Shown piece by piece: positions 22,801-34,800 of a DNA stretch of 64,000 bases. The stretch's first letter is position 1. Every line of letters begins with the position of its first letter. The stretch lies in assembly GCA_036785375.1 (NCBI GenBank), contig JAWMAR010000104.1:6262001-6326000 (forward strand), written 5' to 3'. The DNA comes from Leucoraja ocellata. Taxonomy: Eukaryota. The notes beneath the pieces were generated by a model. The model was given only the letters and a program-made list of their open reading frames with translations. It ran no database searches and was not told the origin of the DNA. The position numbers were made by a program, and so were the translations under genes.

Positions 22801-25800
22801 TCTTAGGGCTAATGGAATCAAGGGATATGGGGTAAAAGCATGAAAGGGGAACTGATTCTGGATGATCAGCCATGATCATATTGAAAGGCGGTGCTGGCTC
22901 GACGGCTGAATGGCCTACTCCTGCACCTATTTTCTATGTTTAAGAAAGAACTGCAGATGCTGGAAAAATCGAAGGTAGACAAAAATGCTGGAGGAACTCA
23001 GCGGGTGAGGCAGCATCTATGAAGAGGAGAAAAGGCGACGTTTCAGGTCGACACCTTCTCCAGACTGGTCGAGACCCTTCTTCTATGTTTCTATGTTAAT
23101 TTTTGTGTCTACCATGATCTGTAGACACTCTCCACCTCCACCAGGGGTCAGTGGTGAGACATAAATCTATTTTCTGGAAACTCATGCAACTGTGGGGGGG
23201 GGGTGAAGAACTGGAGTCGAGGAAATACCAGGACCAAGCACAAACGACCACTAATGATTTCAGGCAGGGTGGTGCCTGGTTGTCCATTGCTGGCCAGGGA
23301 AGGTGTGAGGGGAATGGACTGGGGATGTTTCGGGTCAGGACCTTCTTCGGACTAGTGGTGTAAACTGTAGTGGAGACGAGGAAACACTTTTTCTTACAGA
23401 GAGTTGAGTGTCTGTGGAGGCCAGTTCTCTGGATACTTTCAAGAGACAGCTAGATAGGCAGAGTCAGGGGATATGGGGAGAAGGCAGGAACGGGGTACTG
23501 ATTGGGGATAATCAGCCATGATCACATTGAATGGCGGTGCTGGCTTGAAGGGCCGAATGGCCTACTCCTTGCACCTATTGTCTTTTGTCTATTGCGGGAC
23601 CAATTCTTAACTGTCTTCCATCCATATCCCTGGATAAGGGAGTTGGGACCAGTGTAGATTGGGCATCTTGGTCGGCATGGATGAGTTGGGCTGAAGGGCC
23701 TGTTTGCGTGCTGTGTAGGATTCTGGAGAGTAGCTGAGAGACTTTGGAAGGAGGGAAATGAGAGAGAGAGAGAGAGATCCTGACATTTATTGGATTCACA
23801 GCTCATTGTTATTTGTTGTGCCATCCAGTGGAAGTTTTACAGTTCCACCAGTTTTACTTCCAGGGAATTACCCCGTTACTAATAATAATTAATTGACACA
23901 GACCTTCGGAAAGTCCCTTGCAAATTACAGGGAAACTCCCTGGACAAATTCACTGCGTCGCACATCACTAATAACACCCAATCATACCCAAATCCCTCCA
24001 AAAACTTGTTGTGGACTTTATCTGGCTCTAAACATTATTCCCTTTAACTTGTATCTGTACACTGCAGACGGCTTGCTTGTAATCATGTACAGTTTTTCCA
24101 CTGACTGGATAGCATGCAACAAAAGCTTTCCACTGTACCTCGGTACACGTGACAATAAACTGAACTGAACGGCAATGGGACTAGTGTAAATGAGTGGGTG
24201 GGCTGAAGGGCCTGTTTGTATGTTGTGTCTCTCTGTGGATCAGGGGCCACACACACACCTCTCAGATGTTGTACAGGCCAGTGAAGCATTGAGGTGCTCC
24301 TCCTCCTCACCATTGCCGTTTGCCTTCCAGGACCCTGAGCTGGGGCCGAGGGCTGCTCTACGCTGGCGTATCCATCCTGGTGGCCATCCTCATCGCCGGC
24401 CAGGTGGTCGGCATCATGTTCCTGATGAAGCAACAGGACAAGATAGACGGGCTGCAGAAGACCACGAGACGTCTTGAGAGCAAGTACTCGGCAAGCCGCG
24501 GACCATTCAGTAAGCAGTGCCGCCAGCAATGATCACTTACAATGATCAACTGATTGGGTGGTTGATTGGGTGATTCATTGAGTGCTTGATTGATTGACAT
24601 AATTGATTAATCTGTTTAATTAGATGATTGATTGATACACTGATTGATCAATTTATTGGTGACTGATTGACTGGTTAATTGACTGATTGATTGAATGAAT
24701 GACTGATTGATTCATTAATTAAATGATTCATTGGTTGATTGGGAATTACATAGAAACATAGAACATAGGTGCAGGAGTAGGCCATTCGGCCCTTCGAGCC
24801 TGCACCGCCATTCAATATGATCATGGTTGATCATCCAACTCAGTATCCTGTACCTGCCTTCTCTCCAGACCCCCTGATCCCTTTAGCCACAAGGGCCACA
24901 TCTAACTCCCTCGTAAATATAGCCAATGAACTGGCCTCAACTACCCTCTGTGGCAGAGAATTCCAGAGATTCACCACTCTCAGTGTGAAAAATGTTTTTC
25001 TCATCTCGGTCTTAAAGGATTTCCCCCTTATCCCTTAAGCTGTGACCCCTTGTCCTGGACTTCCCTAACATCGGGAACAATCTTCCTGCATCTGCCTGTC
25101 CAACCCCTTAAGAATTTTGTAAGTTTCTATAAGATCTCCCCTCAATCTCCTAAACTCTAGTGAGTATAAGCGAGTCTATCCAGTCTTCCTTCATATGGAA
25201 GTCCTGACTCCCTCTATGGCAATAATGTCCCTTCCTCAGATTTGGAGACCAAAACTGTACGCAATACTCCAGGTGTGGTCTCACCAAGACCCTGTACAAC
25301 TGCAGTAGAACTTCTCTGCTCCTATACTCAAATCCTTTTGCTATGAATGCTAACATACCATTCGCTTTCTTCACTGCCTGCTGCACCTGCATGCCTACTT
25401 TCAATGACTGGTGTACCATGACACCCAGGTCTCGTTGCATCTCCCCTTTTCCTAATCGACATTCCTTGATCGATTAATTGGTTGTGGATTGATTGACCGA
25501 TTGATTAGTTGATTAATTTATTTGTTAATTGATTGATTGATTGCCTGATGATTGGTCCACTACTTGCTTGTTGGCACCATGAGGCAGCAGCTCTACCCGC
25601 TGCACAACCATTGGGCTGGGGTTGTGAGGGGATTTAAAAAAAAACCTTTGGCCCACTCAGTTTGTTCCTCATTCTGTTTATTCGCCTACACTGAATTTCC
25701 CCAGAACCCTCTCTGAGCTAAGTAAAATCCTCAACGCACACACACACACACTCTGAGGGGGAGCCCCACGGTGAGCTGTTTGCTAGAATTGGGATCCGTC

Positions 25801-28800
25801 TGGCTTTAGAAGTATGATTCACTTTGGATTTCATCAGCTCAGATTAGATACACCGGTGATGTTTATTCTGCAATAGAACATAGTACAGCATAGCACTGGA
25901 ACAGGCCCTTCGGCCCACAATGTCCATGCCAAACATGATGGCAAGTCAAACTAATCTCCTCTGCCTGCACGTGATCCATATCCCGACATCCCCTACACTT
26001 CCAGGTGCCTATCTAAAAGCCTCTTAAACACCACTAGCGTATCTGCCTCCACTACCCACCCCTGACAGCGCCTTTCAGGCACCCACCACCCTCTGTGTGT
26101 AAAAAAAAATCCTTCAAACTTTAGAATCATAAATCATTCTGTAGAATCTCCTTTCAACTTTCCCCCTCTCACCTTCAAGCTGTGGCATCTAGTGTTGTAC
26201 ATTTCCATTCAGGGATAAAGGTTCTGACCCCATCTATGCCTCTGATAATTTTATATACTTCTATCATGTCTCTCCCAAGCATCTTGAGGTTCCAGAGAAA
26301 ACAATCCAAGTCTGTCCAACCTCTCCTTGTAGCTGAAACCCTCCAATACAGGCAGCATTCCGGTGAACAGGGAAAAGAGCGGGGGAGGGGGGGGGGGGGG
26401 ATTGGAGGAAGGAAGAGGGGGGTGAGGGTTGTGAAGCTGCATCTACAGTTCCATGTGTCTCCATTTTTTTCTTGTATCTTTTTATCCTTCAGGACCGAAG
26501 CCAATCATGCACCTGAGACCGATGATGATGGATCTGCCCATTTCCTACATCAACCCCAATGCCGACGCACCAAAGGTGACTTCTCACCGATACATTATGG
26601 AATATTAACTCCCCTTCCCATCCCACACCGACCTTTCTGCCCTGGGCCTCCTCCGTTCCCCTCATTAAGTCTCAACGGAATAAAGCAAGGGTTCGGGATT
26701 CAGAAGCTAAGACACAAAGTCGTGGAGGGGGCAGATGGAATGAAGTTCATGTTCATGTCCTTAAATCATAGAAACAGAATTAGGCCATTCGGCCATCCGA
26801 GTCGTGGCTTGACTTCATTCAATCATTCAATCATGGCTGATCTATCTTTCCCTCTCAATCCTATTCTCCCGTCTTCATCCCATATCCTTTGACACCCATA
26901 GTAAACAAGATCCGTCTTAAAAATATTAATCAATGGCCTTCTTAGCCGACTGTGGCAATGAATTCCATCGATTCACCACCCTCTGGCTAAAGACATTCAT
27001 CTCTATTTGAAGCTACATCCTTTTATTCTGAGCAAAAACATCCTCTCCACGTCCACTCGGTCCAGGCCTTTCATAATTTGGTGAGCAATGAGGGCTCCCC
27101 CCATCCTCCTAAACTCCAGCGAGTGCAGGCCCAGTGCCGACAAACGCTCATCATACGTTAACCCAATTTTCCCCGAGCTCATTGTCGTAAACCTCCCCTG
27201 GACCCTCTCCAACGCCAGAACTTCCTTCCTCAGATCTGATGCCCAAAACTAGTCCCAATAACGGAGATGGAAGCAGTTGGTCTAGGTGTAGAGATAGGTA
27301 GCATGGTCCACTCATCTGGTGTCCATGGATGGGATGGGTACCATGGATGTCCTTGGAAGGTCCACTAACATTCCTCAGAGGAGGAAATCTGCCTTAGCGA
27401 CCCTGCCTGAGCCTACACCCGCCAACGCGGTTAACTTCTCTCGAGACTGGGTTCCATGGAGCTGTATTTGTCACTTGTGCAACTGCACTGTGAAATTCAT
27501 TTCGCATTTATTACACATGCGGGCGCCACCATGTTTTGCCGCGAAATCCAAAAGTCCAAAGTCCCGTCGACCCGATTGACTCAATATATCGGAGCCGTTC
27601 CCCCGAATCTGTATCCCTCTCCTCACCCCGGCCATCTTTGTGACCCTGGGGGGCCTCCTGCAGCCCACCTTGAAGGGGCTGGAGGCATTCCCCAGGTTCA
27701 CCCATCCACCGCCCCTCGCTCCTCGCATCCAACGTCTCCAGCGGCTTCTTCCCGGTCACACCCATCGACAAAGCCTTCGGGCGGGCACTGCGGCCATGGC
27801 ACCTCCCACAAGGTACACAATATATACAAGGGCAATTAGGGGTGGGCAACAAATGCTGGCCTTTGGTGCCACATACCGACATCCGAACACTTGTGCTTGG
27901 TCCGCCAAGGCCTGCTGGAACTAAACATTTTAACTCCCATTCCCGCTCCCACACTCATTCCTGGGCCTCCATCATTGCCCGAGTGAGGCCACATGCAAAC
28001 TGTAGGAACAACACCTCATGTTCCGCTTGGGTAGCTGACATCCCAGCAGTATGAACGTTGAATTCTCCAATTTAAATCATACCCCCCTCTCTCTTTTTGA
28101 GTGTTCCACCCCTACCCCCAGTTATTCCTACCACCATCTCCCAGCCACCCCTCAGTCACCCCTTCCCCTACCCGTACATTCATATCCCATCCCTGAGATT
28201 CCCATTTCACTTTATCCCACCTCCCCCCCTCCAGTTCCTTCCACCCACATCCCTCCCTCTGACTTTATGCTTCACTCCTTCCTTCTCTCTTTCTCTGACT
28301 CCCCTTTGTCTACTTTTCACCTCCAGCTTTTATCACTTTACCACCAATCTGGCCATCACTCCCCCCCCCCCCCCCCCCCCCCCCAATCTGTATCCACCNN
28401 NNNNNNNNNNNNNNNNNNNNNNNNNNNNNNNNNNNNNNNNNNNNNNNNNNNNNNNNNNNNNNNNNNNNNNNNNNNNNNNNNNNNNNNNNNNNNNNNNNNN
28501 NNNNNNNNNNNNNNNNNNNNNNNNNNNNNNNNNNNNNNNNNNNNNNNNNNNNNNNNNNNNNNNNNNNNNNNNNNNNNNNNNNNNNNNNNNNNNNNNNNCA
28601 GTGTGTGTTGGTTGGGCGATAACGGAAATGTCACCCGTCTTTATCCTTGTCTTTCCTCAGCTTCCCACACCTAAATCTACAACTTCGCCAATGACCGTGA
28701 TGGAACAAGTTCATCAGCTGCTGAAGGTACCTCTCCAACCTATTACAGAACAGGTGGCACGGTGGCACAGCGGGAGAGTTGCTGCCTCCCAACTCCTGTG

Positions 28801-31800
28801 ACCTGGGTCCGATCCTGACTACGGGTGCTGGGTGTGAATGTGTGGGGTTTGCACGTTCTTCCTGGGACTGCGTGGTTTCCTCCGGGTGCTCCGGTTTCCC
28901 TCCCAAACTCAAAGACGTGCGGGTTTGGATAATCCCTCGTGTCGGATAGAAAACAGCTGATTAGTGGTCGGCATGGACTCAGTGGGTCGAATGGCCTCTT
29001 TCCACGCTGTATCTCTAAACTAAAACTAAACTTTATCTTAAAATTATTTGGAACAAAGGGTGGAGTTTATTTAATCTTGTCACGTCTACTGAGATACAAT
29101 GAAAAAGCTGTGTACTAGCATGCTATCCAGGAACTGGTGATATATGAGTACAACCATGCCACACACAAAGTACAATGGATGGTTTAGTTTCGACTCACAG
29201 CATGGAAATGGGCCCTTCGGCCCACTGAGTCCATGCCGACCATCGATCACCCGTTCACATGTTCTTTGTTGTCCCACTTTCTCATCCACTCCCTGAACCT
29301 ACAATCTGACAGGCCTTTGGGTTGTGTGTGGAAACTGGAGCACTCGTGAGGCAGCAGCTCTACCCGCTGCGGCCCCCCTGTTGCCCCACGTTGACGGGAC
29401 CTTTTGCCCGATCGTTAGGCTGATCGTTACTGCTCATTTTTTCCTCTCAGGATGGAAACCGAACAGAAGGGATTCCGGAAATGATTGGAAGCTTCTCCGA
29501 CACCTCCAGCTGCTGAAAGAGAATCTGAACGAATCCGACTGGAAGGTTGGTGTTTAATTGGCCAACGTGAGAATTCCTCCAGCACTTTGCGTACGCCGCA
29601 AGACTCGAGTATCTCCAGATCCTCGTGATGAGGAGAATTTATTTTGCCAGAGGGTGGTGATCTGTGGAATTTATTGCCACAGATGGTGGTGGAGGCCAAG
29701 TCATTGGGTATTTTTAAAGCGGAGATTGATAGATTCTTGATTAGTGAGGGTGTCAAAGGTTACGGGGAGAAGGCAAAATAATGGGGTTGAAAGGGATAGA
29801 TCAGCCACAATTGAATGGTGGAGTAGACTCGATGGGCTGAATGGCCTAGTTCTGCTCCTATGATATGAACTAGTTCTGCTCCTGTGGTATGAACCTCAAT
29901 CATATCCACAAGATACAGGTAGCGGGAGCTCTATCGTTGTGTGATAGTCTTAGCTACGGCCAACACCTTAAACTGACTGGACTATCTTGGTCGGTGAGGT
30001 TGCTGTAGGTCAGGATGACAAGGAAATTGAAGAGCATGCAGTGAAGACTTTGTCCTCAGGCAGACAGAAAAGATAGATCAGCCGTGATTGAATGGTGGGG
30101 TAGACTCGATAGGCAAAATGGCCTAAATGTGCTCCTATGTCTTATGAACATGAACTCTGCACTGCCAACCCCTGAAATAGTAACCTGGTGACGTGTGTTT
30201 TTTTTGGTGTATTTTAGGATTTTGAATCTTGGCTGCAGAACTGGTTCCTCTTCCAACTTGTTCAGCCTGAGAAGAAGACTGCACCAACCCAGGCACCCCA
30301 AGTACTGCCTCGCCATGAGATGCCATCCAGAGGTACGTGACAACCTTCTTCTCCCCATCCCAATGAGACCTTGCTCCAAGATCCTTGGCTTGCCGGCTTG
30401 AGTTACAGGGAGACTTTGGACAGCTTTGACATTTTTTTGATTGGAGCCTTGGAGGATGAGGGGTGACCTTATTTAGACTTTGCACTTTAGTTTAGACTAG
30501 GGTGGCACAGTGGCGGGGGCGGTAGAGTTGCTGCCCCACGGCGCCAGAGACCCAGGTTCGATCCTAACCTCGGGTGAGGTCTGTGCGGAGTTTGTACATT
30601 CTCCCTGTGACCACGTGGGTTTTCTCCGGGTGCTCCGGGTTCCTCCCACACCCCAAGGATGTGCGGATTTGTAGGTTAATTGGCTTTGGTAAAAATTGTA
30701 AATTGTTCCTAGTGTGTAGGATAGTGCTAGTGTACGGGGTGATTGCTATTCGGCATTGATTCAGTGGATCGAAGGGCCTGTTTCCGCGCTGTATGTTAAA
30801 GTCAAAAGAGTGGTCTTTTTGGGATGTGCAAGATCATGAGGGGCATGTTTAAAGTGAACGTCACAGTCTTTTTCCCAAGGGAATAGGATTTTAAAGATAG
30901 ACACAAAGTGCTGGAATAACTCAACGGGTCAGGCAGCATCTCTGGAGAACATGGATCGGTGATGTTTTGTGTCGGGACCCTTCTTTAGATGATCTTAAAG
31001 CCAGAGGGCACAGGCTTTAAGATGAACCTCAGGGACAAATTTTCACTCAAAGGGTAGTCCATAATCTGGAAGGAGCTGCCAGAGGAAGCTATTGAAGTCA
31101 CGTGGTTATGCAGGGATATGGATCACGTGCAGGGAGGGGAGATTAGTTTAACTTGGTTTCATATTTGGCACAGGCATTGTGGGCCGAAGGGCCTGTCCCT
31201 GTGTTGTACTGAAGAAGGGTCTTGACCTGAAACGTTGCCAATCCATGTCCTCCAGTGGTTTACTGACCCGCTGAGTTACTCCAGCACTTTGTGTCATCCT
31301 GTGCTGTGCCACTCAATGTTCTACTAGTTATGTTATCCCACTTTTCATCTATTCATTCACTTCCTACACACCAGGGGGGATTCACAGTGGGCTAATGAAC
31401 CAATTAACCTACAAACCTGCATGGACATGTCTTTGGGATGTGGAAGGAAACCGATGCACCCGAAGGAAAATCATGTGGTCACTGGGAGAACATACAAAGT
31501 ACAAACACTGATGCACACATGCTCGCACACGCACGCACACACACACGCACACACACACGTGCATACACACACTCGCGCACATGCACACACACACACGCGT
31601 GCGAAAACACACATTCACGCGCACACACACGCGCACACACGCACACACAGGCACACACATGCACACGCGCGCGCGCGCACACACGCATACACAGTACTCG
31701 AGGTCAGGATTGAACCTGGGTCTCTGGTGCTGTGAGGTAACGGCTCTACCCACATTGTCTTTGAGGGATTAGATTTCAGAGTTGATGACAATAAGGACAT

Positions 31801-34800
31801 ATTCCCTTTATCATTGTGGACGGCTTGATAGTAATCATGTATAGTCTTTCCGCTGACCGGATGGCATGCAACAAAAAGCTTTTCACTGTACCTAAACTAA
31901 ACTAAAGTAAGGTCACATCATTATTGGAGTGGGAGGCAGTGTCAAGCAGAACAAGCGTGCAAATCGCAGTGTGTATCTTCGGATGTTATTGTGTCACAAT
32001 AATGTTTTGTTAGTTGCCTTGAAGTGACCAAATGATTCTTGTCTCCACAGGGAGGAACGTCTTCTCCAGCATGGTCATGAGCCCACTGCTCAACCTTCCT
32101 ATCGCAGACAGTGCCTCCAAGCAATCCGGTCTTGCTGAAGTCGTTCCTAATAAAAAGGGTAACTATGCCGACGAGTATTTCAGAACATAGAACAGTACAG
32201 CAGAGGAACAGGCCCTTCGGCCCACAATGTCCGTGCTGACCATGATGCCAAGACCAACTCTTATGTACCTGCATGTAATCCATAGCCCTCCATTCCTGAC
32301 ATGTCCATCCATGCACCCATCCAAAAGCCTCATAAACATTACTGTCATATCTGCCTCCTCCACCACCACCCCTGGCAGCAAGTTCCATGCATCCCCCACC
32401 ATCTGTGTAACATACCTGCCCAGCACATCTCCTGTATAATTGGTCCCGCTCACTTTAATCATGTGCGCTCTGGAGTCATACAGTATGGAAATAAGCCCTT
32501 TGGCCCAACTCATCAAAGTCCACCAAGATGCCCCATCTAAGCTCGTCCCATTTGCCTGCGTTTGGCTCATATCCTTTTAAACTTTTCCTTTCCATTTTCA
32601 CCCTGGTAAAATCAGCTCTTCCCTTAACCTCCAACGCTCCAGAGAAAACAATCCAAGTCTGTCCAGCCTCTCCCTGTAACTAATCCAGGCATCATTCTGG
32701 TCAACCTCCTCTCCAAAAGCATCCACATCCTTCCTGTAATGGGGCGATCAGAACTGCACGCAATACTCCAAATGCACTGACCAAAGTCCTACAGAGCTGC
32801 ATTATGACTTCCTGACTCTTATACTCAAAGCCCTGACTGATGAAGGCAAGATTACTGTACGCCTTCTATACCGCTCAAAGCTATGTCCACAACTCTCTGC
32901 AATTTCCTGCGGTCTTGGATGTTCTGGGGAGCCTCAGGCTCTGCAGGACACTGATGTGACCGCTGTTATTTTTCCTCACGCAGTTTTCCATGCAGAGACT
33001 GAGTGTGAGAGACTGAAAAGGGTGGCGGAAATTAAGCCCGGAACATTCCAGCCAAGCTGTGACAAGGATGGGAACTATGAGCCAAAGCAATGCTGGCCAA
33101 GCACTGGCTACTGCTGGTGTTCCTATCCCAATGGGACCAAGATTGAAGAGACCGCAACCAGGAAACAACTGGATAATTGTCAAAGTAGGCTTGAGTTTCT
33201 TCAGCTACCTGTTGTACTGAGCCATAGTCACAGTTATAGAACCATAGGCATAGAGTCATAGACCCATATAGTCATAGAGCTACAGTCAGAGCTATAGTGT
33301 CATAGTGATAGTCATAGTGTCATAATCATAGTGTCATAGACCCATACAGACCCATAGAGTCATAGAGCCATCGTTTTAGCACCAGTCTTAGAGCCAGAGT
33401 CATGATCATGTAACGTCATAGAGTCTGAGCCAGTCATAGAGTCATAGAACCATAGTCATAGTCCCATAGAGCTATAGAATCAATCATAGTCATACAGCAT
33501 GAAAGCAGGCCCTTCGGCCCAACTTGTCCATGCTGACCACCCACCGAATCCCCTTCCAGAGACACTCTCCCCATCACCAAAGTTGACCATCAATTTACAG
33601 ATCCAGCGTGGAAAAAAGGCACCTTTGGCCCCCTGAGTCGACACCGACCCATACACTAGCTCCATTCTACACACCAGGGACAATTTACAAAAGCCAATTA
33701 ACCTACAAACCCGGATATCTTTGGACCGTGGGAGGAAACTGGCGCAACCGGAGAAAACCCACACGGTCCCAGGGTGGACGTACAAACTCAGTACAGACTG
33801 CAGTTGTGGTCAGGATCTAACCCATGTCTCTGGTGCTTCAAGGCAGCAACTCTGTTGCTGCGCCACCGTACCCATCCCTAGTTCTTAGGGAAATATTCCA
33901 TGAAAATGTTGATGAACTTTAACGGTTCCTATTGTGGACTAGTTTTGACTGAGGTTCTAACACATTGACAGGTGACATGTTAGCCTCACTTGCGGCTTAA
34001 ATGCGGCTTTCTTTCCACCTTCAGGCTACCAAAAGCCAGATGACCCAAACTTTTCCGGCTTTGGTGGTGAGTAGCAGGGATCGGCCATGGTTAACCCAAG
34101 ATGTCCACTTGGCGAAAGGGAAAGACAGACCCTTGTTGCCTCTAGCTTCCCTAATCCACTAACCACGATAGCCTATCCTTCCTCGGCCATTCCTTTAGAC
34201 TTTGGAGATACAGCATGGAAGCATTCCCTTCGGCCCACCGAGCCTGCGACAACCAGCGATCACCCCGTACACGAACATAATCCCACACACGAGGGACAAT
34301 TTACAGAAGCCTAGTAACCTACTAACCTGCACGTTTTTGGAGTGTGGGAGGAAACCCACTCGATTACAGGGAGAACGTACAAACTCCGTACTGACAGCAC
34401 CTGTAGTCAGGTTCGAACCCGAGTCTCTGGTGCTGTGAGGCAACAACATGACCGCTGCGCCACCGTGCCGCCCCTATTGAGGCTAATTGAACCTAACTTT
34501 ATAGTGAGTTCTTTGTCCCATTTGGCCCATTGAATCATGGCTGATCTATCCATTCTCCTGCCTCCTCCCCGTAACCTTTGACACCCTTACTGATCAAGAA
34601 CCTGACAATCTCTGCTTTAACAAAACATAGACTAGTAGAAAACATAGAACATAGACTAGTGTAGCACCTTTGACCGTGCTGGACATGATGCCAGGTTAAA
34701 GAAATGGCAGCACAGTGGTGTAATGGTAGGGCCTTTAATGCCTTATCAAAACCTATCAATCTCTGCTTTATAAATACCCAATGTCTTGACCTCCACAGCC

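Noticed and set aside
26182-26892. 236-aa ORF overlapping exon 3
   Set aside because: Mosaic of antisense CR1, poly-G and intron sequence. It reads the CLIP exon in the wrong frame.
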